Source of the DNA: Thraustochytrium aureum
Lineage: Eukaryota
Assembly: GCA_012862495.1 (NCBI GenBank)
Contig: BLSG01000410.1
Span: forward strand, 259,558 to 294,143
DNA length: 34,586 nucleotides
Reading direction: 5' to 3'
Shown here one piece after another: positions 1-11,903 of the stretch. Every line of letters begins with the position of its first letter. Position 1 is the stretch's first letter. Position numbers and translations under genes: made by a program. Under the pieces are notes generated by a model that saw nothing but the letters and a program-made list of their open reading frames with translations, was not told the DNA's origin and searched no databases.

Positions 1-1787
1 CTCGCGACCGTGTCGCGGAAGACTGGGAGGCGCTCCAAGCTTGCTTTCTGGTTTTGGCATTTGAGCACCGGCTTGGCAAGCTCTGGCGCATCAAGCTTGG
101 CCGCGACGCTGCGCGCGAGCAGTAGGCTCGCACGGGTCTGTCGAACTTGCGGCCTGCCATTTGTGGCACTAACCGCTTTCTGGCGCTTGAGGTATTCGCT
201 GTGTTGCTTGACGCGCGGAGTAAAGGCTGGGCTGAGACGGTCGTCGACCTTGACCATGGGGTGGGCCGCAGGCTCTTGCGCGAGCTTGGCTGCCTGCTGT
301 TGAGACTTGCCAAGGGCAGAACCAGCAGCCGCATTTGCGCCAATGGCCTGCGGGGGTGTGCAGCTGGCTCGGTGGAGGACCCTTTGCGACACGCTCGGTC
401 AGCTCGCCTCGCGCGGCGCCATTGCGTTGGCTGCCAGCGCGGGCGCGCTTGTAGAGCTTGGGCTTGGGTCGGCTCACCTGCAAACTAGCTGTCTTGGCCT
501 CGCTCGGCTTGCTCTGGCCTGGAACCGTTGTCGTGGCAGGCATGGGCTCCACAGCCTCTNNNNNNNNNNNNNNNNNNNNNNNNNNNNNNNNNNNNNNNNN
601 NNNNNNNNNNNNNNNNNNNNNNNNNNNNNNNNNNNNNNNNNNNNNNNNNNNNNNNNNNNNNNNNNNNNNNNNNNNNNNNNNNNNNNNNNNNNNNNNNNNN
701 NNNNNNNNNNNNNNNNNNNNNNNNNNNNNNNNNNNNNNNNNNNNNNNNNNNNNNNNNNNNNNNNNNNNNNNNNNNNNNNNNNNNNNNNNNNNNNNNNNNN
801 NNNNNNNNNNNNNNNNNNNNNNNNNNNNNNNNNNNNNNNNNNNNNNNNNNNNNNNNNNNNGATGCGCGCCTGGCTCATTGGAGGCTCACTTGCGACACAC
901 TCGATCAGCTCGCCTCGCGCAGTGCCATCGACTTGGGTGCTAGCGCGGGCGTGCGCGGTGGGCCTGGGCTTGGGTCGGCCCACCTGCGAGCTAGCCGCCT
1001 TGGTCTCGCTCGGCTTGCTCGGGTTTCCGACCGTTGTCGTGGCAGCCGCGGGCTTCACAGCCTGTGCATTCTTGCAGACCTTGGTTTCGGGCTCAAAGAC
1101 CACCGGGATGATTGTCGCTGGCTTCGCCTTCGGGAAGGCCACGGCCTCCGTCTCGTCTGTGGTGCAGACTTTGGTCTCGGTTTCGAAAATCTCCGTTTCG
1201 ACCGTTGTCCCCACCGCAACCGGAGCCGCCGAGTCGTCAGGCACGGCGCCAGCCGTCTGGAAGCCAATCTTGGCCGCGAGGCCATCCGCCGAGGCCGACG
1301 TCTTGACCTCGGAAACCTCGGTGGGGGTAGACGAGGCGCTGGGGTCGGCGTTGACCGTGACCGGCGCCTGCTTGTTCTTTGTGAAGGCCCCTTGAGGACA
1401 AGAAGCCTTGTCGATGGACTCTACGTACTTGGCCACATACGCCGCGTCACGCTGCAAAGCCGCCGCCTCCAGGACTTCTCGTTTGAGCTTTGAAAGAGAT
1501 GACTCGCTCCTAGACGCGTCCTCCATGTGCTGGAACATCGCCTCGGTCAACATCGCAATCTTGTCCTTCTGGTTGCCGATGATGCCATTGAGACGTGCGT
1601 TGTCGATCATGGCGGTCCGTAGCTGTTTGTACATGTCGTCCTCCATCGCCTTCTTGGCTCGCTTTATCGCCAACTCACACTGCGTTTCGGTCCACGCCGT
1701 GAGCAGCGCTCCTTGCTCGCTCGGGAGCCCCTTGACGTTGATCGGCGCCGTGCTCCAATCGATGATGATGTAGTCATAGACGACCAT
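1..1787 (-). CDS. Hypothetical protein with N-terminal coiled coil and Ala/Pro/Thr/Lys-rich internal repeats; spans an N-gap, has one probable indel and runs off the window end
   Basis: First plausible ATG at 1787 (MVVYDYIIIDW) in the 474..1979 ORF. Helical segment KRAKKAMEDDMYKQLR...SKLKREVLEAAALQRD. The repeat resumes after the gap (ORF 169..552). Removing one base from the G5 run at 352-356 gives an open, protein-like frame (PQAIGANAAAGSALGKSQQQAAKLAQEPAAHPMVKVDDRL...) to position 1. Confidence 0.6.
385..1066 (-). repeat. Two diverged ~175-bp coding repeats flanking the 560-860 gap
   Basis: 385-559 vs 891-1066 align: EPMPATTTVPGQSKPSEAKTASLQVSRPKPK..GAARGELTERVA vs KPAAATTTVGNPSKPSETKAASSQVGRPKPR..GTARGELIECVA. 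Confidence 0.85.
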
Positions 1788-1824
1788 CTTGTCGCGCGTC
1801 GCCCTATTTGCTGCTAATGCGCCT

Positions 1825-1892
1825 TGCCCGTGTTGCTTTGCGTCGCTTTGTTTTGCTGTTGCTTTGTTTTGCGTTGCTTTGCGTTGCTTGCT
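1825..1892 (-). repeat. Simple GCAA/AAAGCAAC-type repeat in the probable 5' UTR of the first gene
   Basis: Plus strand reads ttgctttgcgtcgctttgttttgctgttgctttgttttgcgttgctttgcgttgcttgc. Confidence 0.6.
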
Positions 1893-2379
1893 CTGAATGG
1901 ATGATTGGGGTCTGCCGGTTGAGCTCTTGCGGCTGTCAGCATGGCCGATTCCTGATTGGGAGGCATGACAAGATCTCAAGGAATTCGAAGGCAGTGCTGT
2001 GTTGCCATATTGACAGCTTGCACCTTGTTTCTATGAACGTGAATGTCTTTTGAGCAGGTGAGGCCCAAAAGAGACATTGACCCACTTGGACTTCACCCCC
2101 AATCAATCTCAAAAGAATCTCTCTCCTTCGCATTACGACTTGCACTCTACATACCCTGCAAGCTGAGAGTGCCGCGAAAATTAAGCAGCACCGGTGGGGA
2201 CATTTCGGCTAGACACAGCGGCGATGCCGGCTCCATGCCGCGCCGAATCCTTCTCAAAGGGAGACACGCTAGGAGTGTGAAGCGAGTCGATGATAAGTGT
2301 GAAAGGCCGCGGGTCGATCGCTGTGCTGATTAGTTTTAAAGGGCCTGCTGAGCCCGTACTGTTGCAAAGTTGGAGGGTA

Positions 2380-3467
2380 GGCTAAACCAAACTGTCATTG
2401 AGCACATTGAAAAGGCGCAGCAGTCGGAGCATTGTGCTTGATTTTAACGGTGGCGGCGGCAGGGCTCTGGATGGGCTTTGCCGCGGCCAACCGCCCGTTT
2501 CGTTGTCCTTTGGAGAACCTAACGGCCTTTCCACGCTGCTATTAAGAGCAATTCACTGCTTGAGCATGTTCATATGGTGAGGGAAGCGCGAGCCGCAGGC
2601 TCATCGCGTGACTCTCTCTCGAGCTCGCTCTGGCTTGCGAGGGAACCGTGGACGTGCAGAAGCCCCCTAAAACCAGCAGATAAAAGCAGCAGATTTAGGC
2701 ACCAAATGGTGGAGGCACGGACTGCTTTGGGAGGACTTCGCCGCGGCCAACCGTCGNNNNNNNNNNNNNNNNNNNNNNNNNNNNNNNNNNNNNNNNNNNN
2801 NNNNNNNNNNNNNNNNNNNNNNNNNNNNNNNNNNNNNNNNNNNNNNNNNNNNNNNNNNNNNNNNNNNNNNNNNNNNNNNNNNNNNNNNNNNNNNNNNNNN
2901 NNNNNNNNNNNNNNNNNNNNNNNNNNNNNNNNNNNNNNNNNNNNNNNNNNNNNNNNNNNNNNNNNNNNNNNNNNNNNNNNNNNNNNNNNGTGCCGTTGTC
3001 CTTCGGAGCTCCTAGCGGTCTTTCCGAACTGCTGCTTGAGTACTCTTTCACTGGTTGAGCGCCATCGCGTCTCTCTGACAATTGAAGGGCGAGGCGCAGG
3101 CCCCCGCGTGACCCCAACTCCTGCTTGAGCACTCTAGAGCGATCTGGCTTGAGAGACACGACTGGGGGATGCGTCAAAGTCTTCAAAAGGCAGCGGAAAT
3201 TGCGTTCAGTGGAAGGGGCTCGAATTGTTTGGACCGCTCGCAACCTTCCAGCAACTTCTCTTCGCTTGGGCTGCTCAAGTAGCGCTCGCTGCCGCTAGTA
3301 ACCGGCGGTCTATCCCGATCGGCTCCCTCGAACAACTTTTTCGAAGAAGCAAAGCGACTCAGTCTACTGGCAGGCGCAGAAGCGCAACTCAGCGCATTTG
3401 CCAAGACGTTAGCGCGTTTCCCGTCGGCATGATGGCCCAGGCAGACGAAGAGGCCCAACCCAAGCAA
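2380..3467 (-). pseudogene. Possible degenerate coding region with an internal diverged duplication
   Basis: Minus-strand peptide RPLGAPKDNGTDGWPRRSP (read across the gap) is repeated as RPLGSPKDNETGGWPRQSP at ~2470-2530. The frames are interrupted and no family was recognised. Confidence 0.3.
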
Positions 3468-5326
3468 AACGTGTCACCGTTTCTTTTTCGAAACGCTCGA
3501 AGCCGAATCCCTTCAATTCGAGGCAGCACCTTCCGAATCCGTGGAGAAGGCAACGCAAGGCAAGGCGAGGGGCCCAAAATGCGACCCCCCCGTGGAACGC
3601 GACCCGGCATGACGAGTTCAGGTCCGATGTCGTGTCGCAGAGGGTTGGTCCAAAGATCTCAACGTGACACTCGCGTCACAGAGGCACAATCGTTACGTGG
3701 GTTTGGCTGTCGCACGAAGGAACAAGGGAGCATGACTCCGACTTGGCAGGCCCGATAGAAACGGTTTGCGAGCACGCACGTGGTGCGTCGCGACGGTGAC
3801 GGGGACACGCGGTGGGGCAGCCAGCCGCGACGAAGCCAGCCGCGACGTGCGGAAGATGGAACGGCCTCGGTAGCGTGCCCGGGTGGCATCGGGTGCGGCC
3901 GCCCGGTGCGAGGGTGGGCGCGAAACGATCCAGGCAGAATTGTCACCCTTGTGTCGTTTTGTTTGGTGGCACGGCGCCCTATGCTGCCAGGCAAGAGTGA
4001 CTCGCCACACAGAGCTCGCGCGTGGAGGCCGCAGCCAGTAGCAGGGCGGCGCCAGGGAGCTTCTATCAAGCACCCCTGTTTTGGTCGTTTATTTCCCGGA
4101 GTGCGGCCATGGGTTGGAGCGTGGCTTGAAGCACACGCGTCAACTCGAAGTGCTGTGAGGGAGATGCATGCAAGGCGATCTCTGCAGTACAGCATGAATT
4201 GTTGCGGCAGGGCAGCGTCGCTTCGCAGGCTTTGCGGAAGACAGCGAAATGGGTGCTCTATTTTTGTAAGCACATCACTGTCTTGAAGTGGCTCTCTACT
4301 TTGGGATCCCAGTCGCGAAGATCCGTGCTGCGGAGAAACGCGGACTCATCATTTAGGCCCGCCTTCGGACTCTGGACTCTGTCGAGAGCGCATGGCGTGC
4401 GGCAGATCTCCGTTCTGATAGGTTTCAGCAGGGGGGGCTGGCGGACCACGAGACTGGCTGGGGCATGTGGGTCATCGGAAGTGCGAGCAGGCGGCACTGC
4501 CGCTGTACCAGGGAAATGCGCTCCGCAACGTTACGCTGGTTTGTCGGTCAAAGCCTTGTCAGACCTGCGTTGTCCATGGTGCTTTCTAGCTAGAGCGAAT
4601 CTCAGGATCGTCCGCTCTCTTGCGCAGAGTTGCCCGCCAGAGGGAGGGCCTTCTCCGCTCATGCGGCAAAGTGTGCAAGTTTCACGTTTTGGTCGGTCGA
4701 TGAGAGCGCCAGGACAAAGTGCGAATTCGATAAAGGAAGAGGCGTCGCGCATGCTCAGGGCCGCAAACGCCAGCGAGCCAGCCATGCTTCCTTTGCTCGA
4801 CAACAGCGGAGGCCGTGATCTTGATTGGGAGGAGCGGGCACCGGAAGCAGTTTTGAAGGTGGCATCGCCTCGCACATTCTATACCCTTTCACTCAATCCA
4901 TAACAACCATGGAAGTGATTGCACACCAGTTTCGCCCCGGGCCGTTTCAGGGCAAGGGGGTGTAACTTGCCAGGGAGCAGCTTGTGCGAGTCCCTTAATT
5001 CGAGCAGTCGCGCANNNNNNNNNNNNNNNNNNNNNNNNNNNNNNNNNNNNNNNNNNNNNNNNNNNNNNNNNNNNNNNNNNNNNNNNNNNNNNNNNNNNNN
5101 NNNNNNNNNNNNNNNNNNNNNNNNNNNNNNNNNNNNNNNNNNNNNNNNNNCATTTTTTTAAATTAAACGGCGGCCGCTGATGCGCCGGTTCTCACTGGCG
5201 CAGAGTCAAGAGAATAGAAACAGCATAGATGCTCGCCCGTCGCCAGCAGGTAGGCCAATCGCCCTTTTCGGTCAGCTCAAGCCCCGCCAAAGGCAAACAT
5301 TTTTCTATTTTAAACCACGAGGACGT

Positions 5327-5437
5327 CGCCCAGAACACTCCTCCTCAAACCACCTGACTCGTCGAATCAGGCCGCCCAGAACGCTCCTCCTCAAAACGCT
5401 ACTCATCAAACCACCTGACTCATCAAAACCACGCTGA
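5327..5437 (+). repeat. Complex short tandem repeat
   Basis: cgcccagaac(a/g)ctcctcctcaaa twice, ctc(c/a)tcaaa(a)c four times, aaccacctgactc twice. Confidence 0.7.
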
Positions 5438-7123
5438 ACGGGTTTACTCGCTTGACCAGGAGATGCCGTAGGTCATGCAGGAAGAAGAACAGCCTGGTCA
5501 GGCAAGCTAATGCGAGGAGCGGGCATTGAGAGCAAGGACGCCATACAGCAGTAACGCACGCGTGCGTCTGGGCAGGGCAGAGCAGGGCTCGACGAACGCG
5601 TTTTCTTGAAAGGTTTGCGCTTTCCTCTGTATCCCCTCGGCCTCGCCTGGGCGGTTTCGATTTCTGTGCCTTGAGAGTGGTGCTTGACCCTTTTGGGCGC
5701 CGCTGCGTGCTACTAGCAGAGGCGAGAGTGCGTGTTTTCAAGAGCGAACCAAACAAAGGTGACCATTGGCAAAGTGACTTGGCGGGCACGAGGCGCGTCG
5801 TGATTCTGGACACGCAAGGTGGTGAGTTGCTAGGCTGGGGGACGCGTGATCAGCGGTCGCCCGCTGGTTGTGCGACCTAGCTAGCCCGGCCCTCACAACG
5901 GTAGGGAGATTCGCCCTGGAGCGGCCCTTGTCTGGGCATCATTGACCTCTGTTCTGATGCGACGGAGCTCCGCGCTGGGACGAATTCTCCCTTTGGGCGC
6001 TGATGGACGCGAACGCGCTTAACACAGCAGAGATTAGTTCTGTGCGCTCGGCTGCAGGCGATGCTAGTCCAGGTGCGCGGCCGACGAGGAAGCCCATTGC
6101 ATCCAGTGCCCAGTCGGCCCGCATAGTCTTCGACGAGCAGGCAACCACAAGCTGACCAAGAGGGTTGGACTAAAGTGGAAGATAAATCTCCAGATTTCTT
6201 ACTTCGTCCCGCCAAACATTGCCACCGGTTGGCATTCACTGCACATCTCCAGGTCCGCTGATGTTCTGCCACGATTTCGCGCTACGTCAGCCACTGCCGA
6301 GGTCGAGGCCGCCGCCGACGTCGGTTCGCCCTCAAACTCGACTCCAAACTCCATCTCAACGTCTGCTGAGCCGAAGCCGGTCGCCGGACTTGTCGTATAC
6401 AGCACCAAGCCAGCGACACCTATGCCAATCTCGGCCTGCGATGCTGTACGACTCGGCCGACTGGCAAGCGTTTGCGCTTTCAGAAATAAAGGCCACCTTC
6501 GTACCTGGAATCTTCGTGCCGCCGGTGCCGCTCCCAGCCCGAGGCGACCGCAGCTGTGTTTCTGCGAGCCGCCTGTGTCCTGATTCGCCGCTTCCTTTTC
6601 CGCTGAACATTTTCCTTGTTGGCCTTTGCCTTGCCGGCCGCCGCGGCTGCCCAGGACCTCTTGAGCGCTGGTCGCGCTGAGCTCAGCAGACCACAGCTGT
6701 CTCTGGTTTGTGGGCCAGCCTTCTGCTAGGAGGTGGCGAGGAAACGGTGAAAGAAGGCGGAGCTTCAAGTTGCTTCAAGCCGAACGGGCCTATGCGCCAT
6801 GAGCAGCGATGCTAGAGCCGGGTCAATTGCCCGTACGCGTGGATCGAGCCCCACGGCTTGGGGCGGGCGCGAAAGCAGGCTCTGTTGCGTCAAGGAGACC
6901 TGGAGGATTTCCTTCTTCGCCGACTCTCGCCTTGCGCTTTTTGGGCCGACCCGCCTAACGACTGCACCAGCGCGCGTCTCACTGCCCCGCGCATCCTCCC
7001 CACCGCCCGACATGCGTGGCCCAGCCGCTTGTGTCGCGAGTGTTGCCGCGCGAACTGATATTTTTCACCGCACCTGCGACTTCGGCTGTTTGAAGCAGAC
7101 CCCACCACCTTGCGCCGAGCGAC

Positions 7124-10100
7124 CTACTCATTGAGCAGAGCAGCGATCTCGTCCACGTTGGAGAAAACATGCGCGGGTAGCACAAGCAAGAGCGTCTGGC
7201 TGAGTTTGAGGTCTTTGTCCATCCGACGAAATGTGCGCAAAGAAATCAAATGAGCAATGAGCAGTCCAAACATGAAGAGGCAAGACGCGACAATGATCTC
7301 CGTCTTGGAGCGCGACAGGACTGCCCACAGCTTGGCCTCAAAGTATCCCACGGAAATGTCGAGCTGCGCCAAGAGAAGACGGTCTGGCACAATGTCTTTT
7401 GAAAAGGAGCGCAGAGACTTGAGGTTGGCCATTGCTTCAACGTCGGAAGCGTTCAGCAGGAGTGCCTCCTCCGCGAGAATGACCTTATGCACGATTTCGA
7501 GATACCTGTCAACAGAGAGAACGAGCCCATGCCGCAGGTTGTCGACGGCGATGGTCGTCGCGTTTCCGAGCAAGGACAAACACGTCGCATCACAGGCATT
7601 CTCAAAGAGGAGTTGGAAGTGCTCTCCAGAGGTATCCGTAAACGCCGGGACGTTAAGTGTGTCGTTGCCGTACTTTAACGCAAAGTCAACCAGTTTGACC
7701 TCCTCGTGAATATCCTTGAGATGATTGAGTACCGTGTCGGCCTCACGCCGCTCCCATGGAGCAACGTCGCGTGGCATGGCAACCCAGAGCTGAAGCGCAG
7801 AGACAAGCAAAAGCTGCTGGCCGGCCGCAAAAAGCGTGGCGCTGAGCTCCCTAGACAGCTCCCGTTGGGAGCTCGTGACCATGCTCATGCCGGAAAAATA
7901 GCCAAGAACCACCCAAAAGCTGACGCCGACTTGCGCCGCGGTCAAGGTGAGCTGCGCGGCAGATTTGAGAAGGGTTTGTCTTCGTAGGCCGCGTGTGGAC
8001 CTTTTCCCTTTCGCCTTGCTCCGCTTGGCTGAGTTTGTGTCGAGTTTTGATCTCGGCTTGGTCGCAGCATCCGCAGCGCCGTCCTTTGTTGCGGCGCGCA
8101 ACTCCATCGGGGTCACTTTGCTTTTGAACGAGCTTGTGATGCTTACAGAGCCTGTGCGTGACGGCTCGCCGCTTGCTGCTGGTGCTTTTGGCCCAGCCGC
8201 CACGGTTGCAACGTCAACTGGCTCGTCCTTTGGCAGCCGGTCGACGATTGCGCGCAAACCTCCGCCATCTTGCTCGCCTTCACTCTCACTGTCGTAGGCC
8301 TGCATGTCGTCGTCGGCGTCCATGTTGAGCCAGTTGCTGTTGTTGTCCAAATTGCCGAGCAGGGCTAGGCGGCGCTCTGTCTTGGACTGGAGTTGCTTCG
8401 CAACGCGCTCTGGGATCGCGAGGAAGGCCAACCCGACTTTGCGCTTGCGGCGCGAGTTGTTGGAGAACATAGGGACGTACGCGTAAACGAAGGATGCGGC
8501 CAGCAGGACGCAGATGACGTAGATTGCCACCAATTCGAATGCGATGAGGCTTGCGAGCACCTCGTCCCCCCGCTCTTTGTAGCGACGCGCCACTGCGACC
8601 GCAGCGTCAAACGCGTCATATGGACCGTTGTTGATCAGATACTGGCAGTCGGCGCCGCATACAGTCGGAGCAGGCGACTCCAGATACGCCTCTATGTGAG
8701 AGGCAAACTCGAGAACCGACACGTGGAACGATGTGTCCTGGAACGAGCTCCCGTCCGCCGTAATTCGAAGCCCTGGGTCGTGATACAAGCTGACAAGTGT
8801 GCTTTCTGCGGCGTCTGTGTCGACAAAGCTGGCTGGCTCGTTATCAACAAAAGCAGAGGCCGAGGTGTGGATCGCCTTGAGCTCGTCGTAGTTTTCTTTG
8901 AGGTCCTTGCGCGGATCGAACGCCGCACGCGCATAGACCGTGTCGTTCACGACGAGGTCGCCAGCAGTCCCGAAGAATGCGAGCGCGGTGCTCGATGCCA
9001 TGAGGAAGGCCGTCCGTTGCGAGCTGCGCGCGAATTGGTTTTCTTCCTCGAATCGAGCAAAGAACTGCACCACAAGAAGCGTGTGGGCAATCGCCAGAGC
9101 CGCAAACGCAAGCGAAAAGCGCTTGGCAAAGCGACCGAACCCCACGAGCTTGGGGTCCTTCTTTTGCATGTTGCGCGAGATTTTCTTTTGGATCAAGGCA
9201 AAGCTTGCCTGCCCGTTCGCGAAAAGATTTGTGCCGGAAGTCACGCTCGTTTGGTCACCGGTCGTCATGTAGCCCGCCTCGCTGTGTGGGATTCCAGGGC
9301 GCCCTTTTACCGCCGATCGCTTGCTCTTCTTGCTTCCAACTGACTGATTGTCAAAGGCCACAACGCCGCGGACGCGGCGTTTCGGCGCTGGGGCAGCAGC
9401 GCTCGCATCGTCAGGAGCGACAGCAGACCCGTGTCGGCTGACCGACTTGGCCTTGTCGCTGCCAAACTTGTACTCTTCGTCAGCGACAGAGCGACACTCC
9501 TCGTCGTCCTCGTCTTCGTCGTCAAACTGCTCGTCCTCGATGCCACCGAGCCGCGCGTTGCGCGCAAGGCGCCCTAGCCCGTGTGCGCCGCCCGCGGAGC
9601 GGAAGTCGAGCTCCTGGCAGGTCAGCATCACGATCAGAATGTTGATGTCAAAATCCACGGAGGCGTCGTCGCGCGACTTGAAGCGCACTTCGCGCGATCG
9701 GAGCTTGAATTTAACCTCTGGCACAGTGCTGACCGTGACGTCTTCGTGCTCTATGTTGGGGGCGAGTGATTGAAGGCTCGGTATCACGTCGTCCACCTTG
9801 CTGTTAAGCGTGTAAATGTCGTGCTCGTCGATGTTGAGTTGAGCCGCACCGTTTTGCGACGCTCCAGTGATGCAACGCGTTCGGTTGTCCACAAGGAGCA
9901 GAAAAGTCGAGTTGCCCATCGGCTGGCGCGTAAAGCGAGCAATGAGGATGAGCTCGCCATTGTTGTTGATGCTTGGAGTAATCTGCAGGTCGAGCGGCAT
10001 GATGTAGCCGGACTGGTGCATGCCCCAGACCTTTCGAGCCTGGGCAACAAAGTCAGAGTCGCTCTCCATGAACTGTTGCAAGAACTTGTCGTGCACGCGG

Positions 10101-11903
10101 TCGAAAGGGGGTGGGCAGAGCATGGACACGTTTTGGCCGATCATGTCGCTCCTACTGTAGCCAAACATTTCTAGAAGGCCCTTCGACATGTCAAGAATAT
10201 GGCCGAGGCTGCCCTTGTCGCCCGAGATGGTGCAGATCGCCGCGGACGACCCTTCGTCACTCGAGTTGTTCGTGTTGGCCTTGGTCAAGACGCGGAACGC
10301 CGTCTGGCGATCGTTCATGACGAACTGGTAGTAGACTGCTTGGAGATGAAGCGCCTCTTTGTTGAGCGCGGCCATCCGGCCGAGCCTCTGCAGGTTGGAT
10401 CGGCACTTTGTGGCCTCTGCGTGGACGGTCGCGCCGTATTCGAGAAGAGCGTCCACTGTGAACGACCCCTTGGCGACGCGGCGCCAGAGCGACGCTGTCG
10501 TTTTGAGCGTGTTCGTCAGCGCCTTTCGAGCTTGCGCGATGTACATGTCGGCTTGCACAAAGCTAACCTCGCCCTCGACGTGGGCCTGCTTGGCCTTGTT
10601 GATTTTGTTGTGGTAAAAGAGCGCAAAGTCGAGGTCAAAAGCCAACGAGGCTTGCCGCGTTTGCCGCATCAGGTTCAACGAGTAGATGACCTTGCGCGAG
10701 CCTTGGACTACCAGGCTAGCCACGCACAAGTTGATGTACGGCGACCCAGGCATCGTCGCCGCGACCTTGCGGTAGGCCTCCTCGGCCTCGCCTTCAAAGC
10801 GAAACGCCTCGTGGTGCTTGAGGTCCAGAAAGCGCAGCCGAAGGTGCAGCTCCATCATGTACGGGCTCGTGTACAGCTTGCTGATCTCCATCTCGCGCAG
10901 CGCGGCGGTGCGCGCATGCGCCAGCGCCATCAGCGAAACCACGCAAAATCCAATGCTGACCGAGAAGAGGACGAACGCGCTGTTGTCTGTCCGGTTGCCT
11001 ACAATTTGAGCCACGAGGCCGCACAGGCTTGCCCACAAGTAGACCGCAAAAACGGCGATCGCGTATCGGTTCCACGGCTGGTGGAAGAATGGGAGAAAGT
11101 ACAAGTAGTTGCCCACGAGCGCGGCGGCCGAACAGACACACGTGGCGAGCATGACGTTCTGGTTGAGTGCATTGGGCTCCCCGCTTCCCGCAGCAGCGAC
11201 CACGATTACTGCAACCGCGCGCAGGAGCACTGAAAAGGCTTCGCTGCGACCGTGAGGCGCAGAGAGCGTTTTTCGTCGTACCCCTTGTCGCTAAAGGGCG
11301 TCGAGCTGATCGAGGTCAGCGCAAACATCGCGGTCACCAAAACGTGCATGGAGATGAGCGCCATGAGGATAGCCGAGGCCACGGTGGCAAGTGACGATGG
11401 AATCCCCCAGTCGGTGCTAGTTGCAGCTGCCCGGGCGAGGATGGCCAAGACAGGGCTCTGCAGTGGGCCGGCGTTCAGACGCAGTACGAGAGAGACAACG
11501 TGGGCCAGGGCCATGCTGTGGTTTGCTCACTCGAGTTGAGCTCCTCATAGGCGAGAAACACGGAGGAGACCAGGATGACCAGAACGTTGGCGACGCATAC
11601 GGCCAGAACGAGGAGAAAACCGACTTGTCCAAAGTCCTTGAACCCGAACGCGAAAACGCCCAGGAAGGACTGCATGTGGCCCGCAAAGTCCTCGCGCCAG
11701 GCAAAGTTGGTGTACGGAGAGAACGGGAGGTAGGTGAGCTGGGCGCCGATAACTGCTGTCGACAGGTAAAAGAACCGCTCCTTGACAGCACTAACCTGCT
11801 TGAGTGAAGACAGTGCGCCAAAGGCCCCCTTCTTTAGCACTGCGCTCCAGTTCAGGGCATCCTTGCCAGGGTCAGCGGCGGACGTCAGCTCGAGAGTGTT
11901 CAT
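7124..11903 (-). CDS. TmcB/TmcC (tiny macrocysts)-like multi-pass membrane protein with PAS domain, ~1590 aa, needing two -1 indel corrections
   Basis: ORFs 11475..12011 (ATG 11903), 11206..11514 and 7124..11230 overlap in successive frames and join into one N-terminal multi-TM region (..TLSAPHGRSEAFSVLLR..). A helical region follows, then PAS (LLEMFGYSRSDMIGQNVSMLCPPPFDRVHDKFL...MHQSGYIMPLDL), an acidic linker and two TM-loop-TM units each ending in a helix-LxxP motif (FLAIPERV, LLVLPAHV). Confidence 0.8.

Noticed and set aside
3470..7100. Numerous 60-234 aa ORFs on both strands (e.g. 4199..4903, 6199..6768, 6219..6680)
   Set aside because: No recognisable motifs or consistent strand; ORFs of this length are expected by chance in GC-rich DNA. 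An indel-broken gene cannot be excluded.
11516..11530. Possible 15-nt tiny intron GTGAGCAAACCACAG (minus strand) at the first frame break of the PAS gene
   Set aside because: Its length is a multiple of 3, so removing it does not restore the frame; one extra A in the A3 run does.
7257..11539. Long plus-strand ORFs (8393..9343, 10199..11233 and others)
   Set aside because: Antisense shadows of the PAS gene; the same applies to 17163..18617, 26765..27544 and 31949..33109 opposite other genes.
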